Sequence record: PZ445448.1
Reading direction: 5' to 3' (one strand)
DNA from: a phage
DNA: 64,000 nucleotides
Below are positions 1 through 9,180 of the stretch, piece by piece (position 1 is the first letter of the stretch; each line of letters begins with the position of its first letter). Position numbers and translations under genes: made by a program. The notes under the pieces were generated by a model, which had not been told where the DNA came from, searched no databases, and saw only the letters and a list, made by a program, of their open reading frames with translations.

Positions 1-151
1 AATGAAGTTTGTCATTGGGCAACACGCCAACAAATTTACCTAGACCCTGTGTGGCTGATTGAAAATAGTCGTTGACAAGAAGTAAGGTTAGATGTAAGAT
101 ACTCCTCACAAACAGAGTATTGATTGTTAAATAATTAAGGAGACCTCTAAG

Positions 152-406
152 ATGAAAATCATGTTGAAACCAGAATGCGTTGCAAACGACCGAGCTTTTA
201 AAGATTGCACACTTGGCGCTACTTATGAAGCAGAGTTTTGTGAGAACCCTTTGGTAAAAGCCCTTTTGGAAGAAGGGGCCCCTCTATCACAAGAAGAGCT
301 TGATGAGCTGGAAAACTCAGCACAGTGCCTTACCTTTAAAGATGATGAAGGAGACTCTGTCTGGTGCACTGTTAACGAAGTAGTTTTTGTAAAAACTGAA
401 CATTAA
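152..406 (+). CDS. hypothetical small acidic protein
   Basis: ORF starts 8 nt after AAGGAG; TTGACA-type promoter about 70 nt upstream. Confidence 0.55.
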   Translation: MKIMLKPECVANDRAFKDCTLGATYEAEFCENPLVKALLEEGAPLSQEELDELENSAQCLTFKDDEGDSVWCTVNEVVFVKTEH

Positions 407-469
407 TACTTGACAACAGCGATAGGACCTAATACAATGGTCCTATCAAAACGAAAGGGGACCACAGCA

Positions 470-730
470 ATGACCAAACAATATCAACGAATTAAAGCCA
501 AGGTTAAGCCAGACTATCTAGAGAAGGACTCTGCTTTTCGGGACTGCACAGCTGACAAAGTTTACACAGGGGCCGTCCTGTTGAACGATAAACTTGAAGT
601 AGATGTGCTGGGTAAAGAGGCCGTTATCGAGGATGACAACGGTGACTGTGTTTTCTGCACCACACGAGAGCTAGAAGTCTTAGAATATTTCGGTGAAATC
701 TTCAACTCCTTAGACGACGAGGAAGCGTGA
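470..730 (+). CDS. hypothetical protein (start moved to internal ATG, MTKQYQ...)
   Basis: ATG preceded by AAAGGGGA; promoter TTGACA..TAATACAAT with hairpin upstream. Confidence 0.5.
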   Translation: MTKQYQRIKAKVKPDYLEKDSAFRDCTADKVYTGAVLLNDKLEVDVLGKEAVIEDDNGDCVFCTTRELEVLEYFGEIFNSLDDEEA

Positions 731-1119
731 TGAAAAATATTTGGGATATCGATATCTTTGAAGCCTCTAAGCTTGACGGTGCTGATGGAGTGATTATGGT
801 GTCTGATGGCAAGGCAACACTAACTTCCGGAGATATCATCTATGCCTTGGACGAGCTGGCGCTTCTGAAATCTACCGGTAACACTTTGGAGGAGCGTCTT
901 CAAGGATTCGCTTTCAAAGAAGGTACAAATACAGCCATGATGTGCACCACACGGACAGTTCAGGTTGGTAACGGTGTCTATATGATTATTGCTGTGTGTC
1001 CTAAATTCAGCAACGTCAACAAAGATGATGCTGACGCGGTCAACGATGTGGTTGTTCTCTTCGTGGGTGACGCTATGGCAGATCTGATGAATGCAGGAGA
1101 AGCAGCAAATGAAGACTGA
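727..1119 (+). CDS. hypothetical protein
   Basis: ATGA stop-start overlap with upstream gene (translational coupling). Confidence 0.5.
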   Translation: MMKNIWDIDIFEASKLDGADGVIMVSDGKATLTSGDIIYALDELALLKSTGNTLEERLQGFAFKEGTNTAMMCTTRTVQVGNGVYMIIAVCPKFSNVNKDDADAVNDVVVLFVGDAMADLMNAGEAANED

Positions 1120-1411
1120 AAACATCACCCCAGCAGGGTTCTTAAAAGTATACCGTGAACTGCTATATACTACAGAGGACAGTGTTCTAGAGTATCCAGA
1201 ATATCTTTTGCTGTATAAGTATCTGCAGGAGGCTGGTGAAAATCTGCCAGTTAGTGCAGAAGGTGGTCCAAACTGGATATACAGCGCATGGAGAAAGGTT
1301 GACATTCTCCCAGACCCAGGTAAAGATATGGTAGTTTGGCAGCTTATCAACAACATCGGGATTCCAATCTTTGATGAAGCTGTTAAAATCTATTTTGAAC
1401 TTGACGATTAA
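1109..1411 (+). CDS. hypothetical protein (start at MKTENITP)
   Basis: ATG 8 nt after GCAGGAGAAG. Confidence 0.5.
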   Translation: MKTENITPAGFLKVYRELLYTTEDSVLEYPEYLLLYKYLQEAGENLPVSAEGGPNWIYSAWRKVDILPDPGKDMVVWQLINNIGIPIFDEAVKIYFELDD

Positions 1412-1428
1412 TATCAGGAGACCTTAAG

Positions 1429-1674
1429 ATGACTGAAGCAGTTGCTCGCGCAGGACAGAAAGTACGTTGTGTTGAAGTAGGTTTTGGTGGCAAAGGGTGT
1501 CAAAACTTGACTCAAGGCAAGGAATATGCTGTTATCTCTGGTGGTGGCGACGAAAGTATTGTGTTCGAGGGCCACATCCTGGATGCTGAAAACTTTGAAA
1601 TCTTTGACGACGATGGGGATCCGATCACCTGCCTGCTGGACGGGAATTGGGGAACTTTCGAAGTGATTGGCTAA
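1429..1674 (+). CDS. hypothetical small acidic protein
   Basis: ATG after CAGGAGACC SD. Confidence 0.5.
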   Translation: MTEAVARAGQKVRCVEVGFGGKGCQNLTQGKEYAVISGGGDESIVFEGHILDAENFEIFDDDGDPITCLLDGNWGTFEVIG

Positions 1675-1757
1675 CAAATACCTATTGTAATTTACAGAAG
1701 GGGATGCTAAAATAGTGTCTCCTTCTATGTTGTTCAAATAAAATCGGAGATTCCATA

Positions 1758-2126
1758 ATGGAACAAATGAACGATCAAGAGTCGGTTGCGATGAACGAGC
1801 AAGAACAACCTCAAGAATTTTTCTTAGGGTTAAGTAAAGATCAAGTGTCTCTTTTGCTAGTGCTTTCTTCTTTCATGGGAAGACTTCAGGAGCTCACACA
1901 ACAACCGGAGGCTGAACAATTATTTCAGGCTCTGCGTGAAGAAGAAAAATATCGTCGTTTGGACTATGCCTTAGGTTGGGTAGCTCAACAACGAGATATG
2001 CTGATGGCCCTCTCTGGGACCACAAGTTTTGCAATGGGCCTGTTGGCTCAAGTTCAGGACAAATTAATTCAAGCAGGGTTTGCACACACGGCAAACACTA
2101 ACGAAGAACAAGGAGACAAAGAATGA
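1758..2126 (+). CDS. hypothetical protein
   Basis: ATG after TCGGAGATT SD. Confidence 0.5.
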   Translation: MEQMNDQESVAMNEQEQPQEFFLGLSKDQVSLLLVLSSFMGRLQELTQQPEAEQLFQALREEEKYRRLDYALGWVAQQRDMLMALSGTTSFAMGLLAQVQDKLIQAGFAHTANTNEEQGDKE

Positions 2127-3349
2127 GCGTTATTCAACAATTCGCTAACCCGATGAATCCGCGTGAAACTGTTTTACTGGCTCACGGCATGATTAAACGC
2201 GTCAGCATCAAGCCTATCAAAGGTGCTGATCCTACAACAGGTATTAAAACCACTGTGTGGCAAGGTAAGAAAATTGAATCCAGCCACACCATCTCTTTAC
2301 TGATTTCTGAACTGGATTCCTCTGATAACCTACTTCAAGGTGGTGAAGAAGTTTGGATCAGTATGGGCGATAAGCTGCTTAAACCGGGTCATCAAGACTC
2401 TGTCTCTGTTAAAATTGATGACAAGTGGGAAACCGTAACGCCAGGATGGATCGTAAATATCCCTTTGAAGGCAAACGAGCATAACGGTAAGACCTACTAC
2501 AAAGGCTCACTGGCTAAGATGGTTAAGCTGGGTGCAGGAGAGGCTCCAGCAGCGACTCAGCAGCAAAAACAGCAACAAGGTGCACAATCACAAGGCCAGA
2601 AGCAGAAACCTCAGCAGAATGCCAATCAGGACGTTTTACGCATCTATGGTGATGTGACTCAGATTGTTGGCAACGTGGTTACTGTAAATGATCACAAGAT
2701 TGGCGAAGGTGCTATGGTTGTAACTGATGAGCAGCTTAAAGACCTGGTGGTAGGTGGTCGTGTTGCAGCCATTGTGGACAAAGACACCGGAAACATTATC
2801 AGTGGTTTCAAAGCCTACCCACCTAAGGCAGAGAACGGCACTCAAGGCCCTGGTGGCAAGCGTAAATCCTCTTACGACCCTATTGGTGTGGAGACGGGGC
2901 ATAGCATCAATGCGTTGCAGATCATCCTGGATCGTGGGTTTAAGGTAGACGACCCACTAGGCGTGGCTAAAACACTGCACGTAGTCACCATCGAGCTTAA
3001 GAAAGAGTATGCTCAAGCCACCAACCGAACTGAAGATGAAGTAGGTGCCAGTGTCGGTAATGCGGTGTTGAACGCTTGTCGCCGTATTGACAAGAAAACG
3101 AAAGTTGATGATTTTGCAGCGGCAATTACTGCAGAAGCAAAAGATGTCTTGACTAATCTGGCTGAGCCGTTGTACGATTGGATCAAGAACGGTGCTGGGT
3201 CAACTGACCATCAAGAACCTCAGGCTGCCAAACAGGAAGCAGCTCCACAGCAAAACACTGTAGACGCTCCTCCTGTAAATGATGGGGAAGATGACCCGAT
3301 GGATCAGAATCCAGCACAGTATGACTTCTGTGATGACATACCGTTTTAA
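2123..3349 (+). CDS. SSB-like protein with Gln-rich linker and C-terminal YDFCDDIPF tail
   Basis: C-terminus DFCDDIPF matches the conserved acidic tip of bacterial SSB (DFDDDIPF); ATGA overlap with upstream gene. Confidence 0.55.
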   Translation: MSVIQQFANPMNPRETVLLAHGMIKRVSIKPIKGADPTTGIKTTVWQGKKIESSHTISLLISELDSSDNLLQGGEEVWISMGDKLLKPGHQDSVSVKIDDKWETVTPGWIVNIPLKANEHNGKTYYKGSLAKMVKLGAGEAPAATQQQKQQQGAQSQGQKQKPQQNANQDVLRIYGDVTQIVGNVVTVNDHKIGEGAMVVTDEQLKDLVVGGRVAAIVDKDTGNIISGFKAYPPKAENGTQGPGGKRKSSYDPIGVETGHSINALQIILDRGFKVDDPLGVAKTLHVVTIELKKEYAQATNRTEDEVGASVGNAVLNACRRIDKKTKVDDFAAAITAEAKDVLTNLAEPLYDWIKNGAGSTDHQEPQAAKQEAAPQQNTVDAPPVNDGEDDPMDQNPAQYDFCDDIPF

Positions 3350-3363
3350 CAATTAGTTAACAT

Positions 3364-3393
3364 AGCCCTGCCCGAAAGGGTGGGGCATTTTTG
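3364..3393 (+). terminator. intrinsic terminator (GC stem, GAAA loop, T-run)
   Basis: GCCCTGCCC GAAA GGGTGGGGC followed by ATTTTT. Confidence 0.6.
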
Positions 3394-3411
3394 TATAAGG
3401 AGATCTGAAAA

Positions 3412-3828
3412 ATGACATTAGAAGATATCATTGTTAAACCTGAGAACTATGACCAATACAACCTGTCAACTCAATCTGTAGACCTTGGATGCGCCACAGT
3501 TAGTGCGTGGCTGGTTAATGGAAAAGAGCTGGACAAGTGCTTAGAAGCTCACATGTCTGTTAACAAGTTTCTGGATGAAAATACTCACTGGCTTGAGGGT
3601 GCTGGAGTATATGCTTCATGGTTGGAGAGCATGGGCTTTGACTATCAATCTGATGAAGGGTGGTGGAGCTATCTAGCTATCTGTCCAGAAACACTGCAAT
3701 GCTTCATGAAATACTCTGAAGATCTTGAGTACCGGGCGGTGGTTGATAGTGCTATTGCCCGTTATAGCCGTAAACCTTTTTCCCATGACATTAAAACTGT
3801 GGAAGAATTTGTTGAAGTTTTCTGTTGA
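3412..3828 (+). CDS. hypothetical protein
   Basis: ATG after AAGGAGATC SD. Confidence 0.5.
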   Translation: MTLEDIIVKPENYDQYNLSTQSVDLGCATVSAWLVNGKELDKCLEAHMSVNKFLDENTHWLEGAGVYASWLESMGFDYQSDEGWWSYLAICPETLQCFMKYSEDLEYRAVVDSAIARYSRKPFSHDIKTVEEFVEVFC

Positions 3829-3924
3829 CACAGGTTGAAAGGTGTGCAATTATAACTTCATAAAACGGGAGGACGTGATGAACGAAGAAAACTGGGATGT
3901 ATAACTAACAGGAGGCCACTGCCC

Positions 3925-4122
3925 ATGATTTATCGAATCCGTGTAAGAGAAGATGCACCAGGCTGTTACTTTGACTGGCGTGGGTGGTGGTTTCTCCACC
4001 CAATGGATGGACTCACAGATAGAATGCTGGATGCTGCCCTTTATACAGATACCGACATAGAGTATAATCTTTATCTGAAGGATGGTATAGATAACGGCCT
4101 GTTTGAAGCAATTCCTGTGTAA
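3925..4122 (+). CDS. hypothetical small protein
   Basis: ATG after ACAGGAGGCC SD; TTGACA promoter at about 3826. Confidence 0.45.
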   Translation: MIYRIRVREDAPGCYFDWRGWWFLHPMDGLTDRMLDAALYTDTDIEYNLYLKDGIDNGLFEAIPV

Positions 4123-4247
4123 GAGACTGTGATAGCCATGTTTTATGATCTTCCTGTAGCACCACCTGTTGAACCTGGAGAACTAAGATGATCTATGAAA
4201 TGCCAAAATTGATCCGTGACGATGCCTAAAACGCTCACACCATTATT

Positions 4248-4613
4248 ATGGGCAAACGCATGGATATTATTTGTCATAAAGATTTCTGGGAAGGAAGTTA
4301 CTTCACAGAATATTTTGGTAAACTGGACAATGGTCTGCTGATCCAGTTCTACACCGATGCGGAAAACAACATTCACTGGGAGTTCGAAACTGAAGATATC
4401 CATAAACTTTTCACCTTCCTCGGTATTAAGGTTGAGGCCAAGTTTGAAGAAGGTGAGTGCGACGATTGTGGATTCTATGAGGTAACAGATTTCTATCTCC
4501 CGAGTGGTGAGAACCTTTACTATGAGAGTCACTTCGGAAACACCAACATGCCTCAAAGCTGGGAAGAATTTTTCAGTATCGTAGAAGAGGAGCTGGCATA
4601 CCGTGATTATTGA
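4248..4613 (+). CDS. hypothetical protein
   Basis: ORF in plus-strand array; weak SD. Confidence 0.4.
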   Translation: MGKRMDIICHKDFWEGSYFTEYFGKLDNGLLIQFYTDAENNIHWEFETEDIHKLFTFLGIKVEAKFEEGECDDCGFYEVTDFYLPSGENLYYESHFGNTNMPQSWEEFFSIVEEELAYRDY

Positions 4614-5061
4614 TACTGTAAAGGGAGATTTAATCTCCCTTTTTAAGAGCGGTGCTGGTCACCTAATCCACGGTTGTAACTGCTTCCACACAATGGGTAA
4701 GGGCATAGCAAAACAGATTGCCCGTGAGTTTCCTCAAGCATTGTCAGCCGACAAAGAGACCAGACACGGTTGCCTAAGTAAACTGGGTGCGTTCTCCCGA
4801 TGGGAGCACTTATCTCCGAGAGGTATTGTCTACGGAATCAATCTGTATACTCAGTTCTACCCAGGGCCTAATGCTGAATATTTCTCAATCCTGAAAGGCT
4901 TTGAGCTAGTCAATGAGGTATTCGAGGGATCGACTTTACCATTCTACATCCCTAAGATCGGGTGCGGCATAGGCGGTTTGAAGTGGGAGCACGTAGAGGA
5001 CGTTATTAACCTCGCCACTTTTGATATAGATATTATCGTGGTGGAGTACAAAGAGTGTTGA
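4603..5061 (+). CDS. macro-domain protein (ADP-ribose binding/processing fold)
   Basis: motifs HGCNCFHTMGKGIA and IPKIGCGIGGL resemble macrodomain Gly-rich loops. Confidence 0.5.
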   Translation: MIIDTVKGDLISLFKSGAGHLIHGCNCFHTMGKGIAKQIAREFPQALSADKETRHGCLSKLGAFSRWEHLSPRGIVYGINLYTQFYPGPNAEYFSILKGFELVNEVFEGSTLPFYIPKIGCGIGGLKWEHVEDVINLATFDIDIIVVEYKEC

Positions 5062-5086
5062 CAGCCGACTTTTGAGATGGTATAGT
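5058..5086 (+). promoter_or_regulatory. sigma70-like promoter TTGACA-N17-TATAGT
   Basis: consensus -35 and near-consensus -10 with 17-nt spacer. Confidence 0.45.
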
Positions 5087-5117
5087 CACCACAACGATTG
5101 AGAGAGGGAGCACCACT

Positions 5118-5318
5118 ATGGAGACTAAAATCTTAATTCTGGCTGTGATAGATACGACCGAAGGGGCCGTGTTCGAATCTGCAGGAGGGTATTTCTACCT
5201 GCCCTACGGAAAAATAACTTCCGAACCGAGTAAAGATTCAATCCTTAAAGTGTTCCCTTGTGCTTTCTGGCTGGAGATTCTAGTAGAAGATTGCAGAGGA
5301 TTGGGGAGAGAATTATGA
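5118..5318 (+). CDS. hypothetical small protein
   Basis: ATG after GAGAGGGAGC SD. Confidence 0.4.
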   Translation: METKILILAVIDTTEGAVFESAGGYFYLPYGKITSEPSKDSILKVFPCAFWLEILVEDCRGLGREL

Positions 5319-5509
5319 GAAACAAGAAAGAGCTTTATTCTGGCGAGTGGATCAACGATCAACAGGTCGGAGAGGTAACCTGCTTCCGGTGTTTTACTCG
5401 GTACAATCTTAAAACTGCACCAAAAAGTGTTCCAAAGACTGACGGTTATTACATAAAAGAACCTCATTGCCCAAAATGTAAATGCCGATTGTACTGGAGC
5501 AATCTATAA
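5315..5509 (+). CDS. zinc-ribbon small protein (CxxC...CxxC)
   Basis: ATGA overlap with upstream gene; TCFRCF and HCPKCKC motifs. Confidence 0.45.
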   Translation: MRNKKELYSGEWINDQQVGEVTCFRCFTRYNLKTAPKSVPKTDGYYIKEPHCPKCKCRLYWSNL

Positions 5510-5513
5510 GAGG

Positions 5514-5541
5514 TTGACATCTGAAAACTGCAGTGTATAGT
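5514..5541 (+). promoter_or_regulatory. sigma70-like promoter TTGACA-N16-TATAGT
   Basis: -35/-10 hexamers. Confidence 0.45.
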
Positions 5542-5572
5542 ATACGCATAAACTAACAGAGAGCGATGTATT

Positions 5573-5764
5573 ATGGTAATTTTTAACCGGGATGGTATCA
5601 TAGTTAGACAGCACCCGTTCCTTGAATACTATCAAATTGAGCAATGGTGCTACGGGGATTGCAGTCACTCCTATGGGCAAAGTTGGGGATATCGCACAGT
5701 TTTTGAATCAACAGACCTTGACAAAGTAAGACAGAAAGTTTTAGAACTTATTAACAACAAGTGA
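5573..5764 (+). CDS. hypothetical small protein
   Basis: ORF downstream of promoter. Confidence 0.45.
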   Translation: MVIFNRDGIIVRQHPFLEYYQIEQWCYGDCSHSYGQSWGYRTVFESTDLDKVRQKVLELINNK

Positions 5765-5773
5765 GTATGATAT

Positions 5774-6106
5774 ATGGTAACATTAGAAAGACGTAAAGCT
5801 ATCGCCGCCACACTGGCAGACATCTTTTGGGATTGCAACTTAAAAGATACCAGAAATTGTGGCGCATCTGTAGATGTATTATTCCCACGGCCCACCATTG
5901 TTGCAATGGGAAACCTGTTAAACGTAGTGTACGGAGCATGGGACAAAGAAGGTGGATTCTATATCTGGCAACCTGACTACGGAGCCTGGAAAGAGGTAAG
6001 GGGTGCGGATGACTTTGGGCCTACAGTTGCTAAGATGGATGGCTGGGAAATTTATGTTGGAAACGACATGAAGCTGAAAGGCGAGATTGTTTACTGGTTA
6101 CCTTAA
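5774..6106 (+). CDS. hypothetical protein
   Basis: ORF in array. Confidence 0.45.
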   Translation: MVTLERRKAIAATLADIFWDCNLKDTRNCGASVDVLFPRPTIVAMGNLLNVVYGAWDKEGGFYIWQPDYGAWKEVRGADDFGPTVAKMDGWEIYVGNDMKLKGEIVYWLP

Positions 6107-6126
6107 GAAAGTGCAGGAGATAAAGT

Positions 6127-6372
6127 ATGAACAAAGGGTGGACATTTGTAGACGGCGTTAAAAACATGCCTCTAGGAAAGTATATCGTAGCCATGGCTGA
6201 TGAGGATGGCAATGTAGATTTCGGAGCTTGCGAGGTTGTTCTTGCAGGATCTGGTAACTATGTGAGTAAAACCGGGATAATTAACGGTCAGTTCTACTTT
6301 GATCACAACCCTGTTGTAGCGTATATGGCTATGCCAGAGTTCAAGTTCCCAAAGGAGGGTGCAGATGTTTAA
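6127..6372 (+). CDS. hypothetical protein
   Basis: ATG after GCAGGAGATAAAGT. Confidence 0.5.
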   Translation: MNKGWTFVDGVKNMPLGKYIVAMADEDGNVDFGACEVVLAGSGNYVSKTGIINGQFYFDHNPVVAYMAMPEFKFPKEGADV

Positions 6373-6562
6373 GCTTAAATCTGCATGGAACATCGCTGTG
6401 GGGGACGAGATCCGTATCCCAGGTGGAAAGACCATTATGAAGATATCTCGTATTGAGTACGAAGGTGACCGTGTATTCCACATCTTCGCAGAAGATGGTC
6501 GAGAAATTTATATACAGGCAGGTTCTCACATTTATATCCGTAAGAAAGGGGACGACAAATGA
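6359..6562 (+). CDS. hypothetical small protein
   Basis: ATG after AAGGAGGGTGCAG. Confidence 0.45.
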   Translation: MQMFKLKSAWNIAVGDEIRIPGGKTIMKISRIEYEGDRVFHIFAEDGREIYIQAGSHIYIRKKGDDK

Positions 6563-6888
6563 CAGAGATCATCATTTCAACTGCAGGGTATGTGTTCCTG
6601 ACAATCATTGCACTGACTATTTTGGTGACAGTGTATGGGTTTGTTATCCTTCCTATCCTTGAGACATTTAGTTTGTGTCGGTGTTGGAGAAAAGCTTACG
6701 GTCCACAACCATGGAAGGACTGGCCCCACCTGGTGCGCTTAGCGTTCTCTTATGCTTACGATCACTCCAGTAGTGCATGCATAACCGGATACCACGCCCA
6801 CAACTGGAGCTGGGAAGGATTGAGGAAATGGAATGTTACAAAGACCATACCTCTACGCATGTACAAACCTAAAAACAAAGACAGCTGA
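6559..6888 (+). CDS. hypothetical membrane protein
   Basis: N-terminal hydrophobic stretch; ATGA overlap. Confidence 0.45.
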   Translation: MTEIIISTAGYVFLTIIALTILVTVYGFVILPILETFSLCRCWRKAYGPQPWKDWPHLVRLAFSYAYDHSSSACITGYHAHNWSWEGLRKWNVTKTIPLRMYKPKNKDS

Positions 6889-6889
6889 T

Positions 6890-7480
6890 ACTTGAAAATT
6901 CCTGGCATATCAAGTGTAAGGGGGATTTCTAAAATGGATTTCCTCCTTTTGATATTTCACCGGGCTGGATATTTTAAAATTCTTAGAAAATCAGAAAATG
7001 GATCGAAAACTAAAATGGATTTTTCAGAGTAGGCGCGACAAGCTGAATAACTCATCCTATCGTTTGCACCATATTCCAGGCCACCATTATAGATTTCCCA
7101 CACATGCTAACCTCCCTCTACTAGAACTTCCTCCACTTGCCCTTAACCTTCTATGGTAACAATCTAACCACTATCTTGAAGTTGCGGTGCAGCTTTCCAA
7201 GTACTCGATCTACTTTTCATTTCATGGCTTGGATTTTCTGAAAATTTTTCTCGATAAATTTCTCAGTACTCGATCTGTTTTTCGTTTTCTGAATCGGATT
7301 TTCTGGAAATCGTTCCGGATCTCGACCTGAAATTTTTGGGGACGAAATCGATTTTTCGTTTTCAGAAATGGATTTTTAAAATTTCTATATGGGAATATTT
7401 TATGGGATACTGTTTTATAGGAAATTGTTACGGAGGGTAATTAGCATGCTAATTAAATTTATTAAATGCGAGGAGTTCTC
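6890..7480. repeat. gene-free AT-rich region with GGATTTT(C) repeats and duplicated AGTACTCGATCT
   Basis: at least 6 copies of (A)TGGATTTT and two copies of CAGTACTCGATCT; no ORF with SD. Confidence 0.5.
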
Positions 7481-7524
7481 ATTTAGAATTTTGAATGATA
7501 ATCATTCTCGTTTGCAGAATAACG

Positions 7525-7549
7525 GGCAGGCCCGGTGATTGTCTCCCCC
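7525..7549 (+). repeat. 25-bp core GGCAGGCCCGGTGATTGTCTCCCCC inside a longer hairpin; inverted partner at 17149-17173
   Basis: 24/25 identity to the reverse complement of 17149-17173. Confidence 0.6.
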
Positions 7550-7949
7550 GTCACCGGTGCCTGCCGTCCTTTCGATAGGTATATTGTGCCACCTGGCGGG
7601 GCCGCTGTCAACACTTTTCAAAAAATTTTTCTAACCTGATGCGCTAACCGCTGCAACCTGGCGGGGCCAGCCTGGCAGGACCTAACTGACCAGGTAGGAG
7701 AGAATGAAGGCTTGTAAACCTGGTGGGCCTATGCTATAGGACAGGTAACAATTGAAGAGGAGGTACAAAAATGAAAGGTAATGTGATCCCCTGGAAAATG
7801 TAGCTATTAATGACGCTGAGGCTATCGCCCTGGTTGAAAAGGCCATGGCGGGAGCGTTGGAACATAAAGAAGAGTACGAAAAAATGATGGTTAACCTGGT
7901 AGGGCGGCGGCAGGTGGATTCTATCATAAAAAATAATTTAAAATAATTG

Positions 7950-7977
7950 TTGACAACCGGGGGAGTCCTGCTATTCT
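7950..7977 (+). promoter_or_regulatory. sigma70-like promoter, first of the cassette array
   Basis: TTGACA and TATTCT 16 nt apart, followed by strong SD and ATG at 8030. Confidence 0.45.
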
Positions 7978-8029
7978 TACCCTACAAGGTGAACAACACC
8001 GCACTAACTAGTAAAGAGGATAAAAAATC

Positions 8030-8227
8030 ATGAACGCATACGGAATCAAAGTACGTCGCAACACTCGCCAGGTGGTCACCGATCAAGTGGTTTGCCTGGT
8101 GGATGTAACCATCAACAACGGGCAAGGCCTTTATAAATTTCGTCGCGGTCATAGCTATACCCTGCAACAGCTTAATCGTTGCGCCCTGACAAAAGGTCAG
8201 ATCAATCACTGGTTTAATAAAAAATAA
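8030..8227 (+). CDS. hypothetical small basic protein
   Basis: AAGAGGATAAAAAATC-ATG. Confidence 0.55.
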   Translation: MNAYGIKVRRNTRQVVTDQVVCLVDVTINNGQGLYKFRRGHSYTLQQLNRCALTKGQINHWFNKK

Positions 8228-8230
8228 GTA

Positions 8231-8259
8231 TTGACATACGCCCCGACACAAAATATACT
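8231..8259 (+). promoter_or_regulatory. sigma70-like promoter TTGACA-N17-TATACT
   Basis: hexamers with 17-nt spacer. Confidence 0.5.
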
Positions 8260-8291
8260 GAAATCACAAAAGACACTAAGAGGATAAAATC

Positions 8292-8690
8292 ATGAAAACC
8301 ACAACCTTTAATTTTGACAATGCCGACTTCTCTTTTTCTGATGTCAAGAACTGCCGCCGTGATCGTGGATTTTACAAGGCTTATAATCTGGTTGGCCTGG
8401 ACGATGATAATAATTTGCACGAAGTAGCGGAGATCCGGTACTATGCCGCCGCCAGCGGTAACACTAACTACTGCGTTTTTTGGATACACGACAACAAGAA
8501 CAATAAGTACGGTTATACTGGCGGCAAGGCGAGCGGTCACGGTTATGATAAAGCTAACGCAGCACTTGAGAGCGCATTAAATGCTATGGGGATCACTGCC
8601 AACGGCTGGATCTATGAAGAAGAGTTTTTGTCAGCACTTGCTGCCCACCTGGGGTATAAAAAGCACATTGTGACATGCGCCCACGAATAA
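8292..8690 (+). CDS. hypothetical protein
   Basis: AAGAGGATAAAATC-ATG. Confidence 0.55.
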   Translation: MKTTTFNFDNADFSFSDVKNCRRDRGFYKAYNLVGLDDDNNLHEVAEIRYYAAASGNTNYCVFWIHDNKNNKYGYTGGKASGHGYDKANAALESALNAMGITANGWIYEEEFLSALAAHLGYKKHIVTCAHE

Positions 8691-8782
8691 AAAAAAAAAA
8701 AATTATTGACACGCTGCAAAATTCAAGTAAACTATACACAAAAGGCGGGAATGTTTCCCGCCAACACAAAGGAAAAAAGATC

Positions 8783-9178
8783 ATGAATAAGAACGTACGC
8801 CGCATCATGAACGAACTGGCAAACGATGAAAAAATTATTGATATGCATTTGGTCAACATTTGCCGCCGTTGTGTAACATATAACAACCGCGCCGCAAAAG
8901 CGCGTGAGATGAACGCAAAAGGCACCTTAAAGCCCTTTCAGGTGGTTGTAAAATCTATAACCAGTGCAGCAGGCCAGGCGCATGACCACAACAACGGGAG
9001 CACTAATATTGATCCGTCTTACGTAATGAAACGGATCCGGACTTGCAAGAATAAAGAGCAGGTGTATAACGTCATAGATTGGCTGGACTCCCTGGGCGAT
9101 GTGGTTTATAATAGGTTTTCTGCAGCTATCGAGATCCAGCTTGACAGACTGGACGGGAAAGTACTGAAAACTTACTAA
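8783..9178 (+). CDS. hypothetical protein (start at MNKNVRR)
   Basis: promoter, GGCGGGAATGTTTCCCGCC hairpin, CA-rich leader, AAGGAAAAAAGATC-ATG. Confidence 0.55.
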   Translation: MNKNVRRIMNELANDEKIIDMHLVNICRRCVTYNNRAAKAREMNAKGTLKPFQVVVKSITSAAGQAHDHNNGSTNIDPSYVMKRIRTCKNKEQVYNVIDWLDSLGDVVYNRFSAAIEIQLDRLDGKVLKTY

Positions 9179-9180
9179 GT

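Noticed and set aside
820-1356. 178-aa minus-strand ORF antisense to plus-strand genes
   Set aside because: Entirely overlaps better-supported SD-preceded plus-strand genes; Ser/Cys-rich shadow-frame composition.
7682-7927. 81-aa minus-strand ORF in the 7.5-7.9 kb spacer
   Set aside because: No SD; lies in a repeat-rich intergenic region; opposite to local transcription signals.
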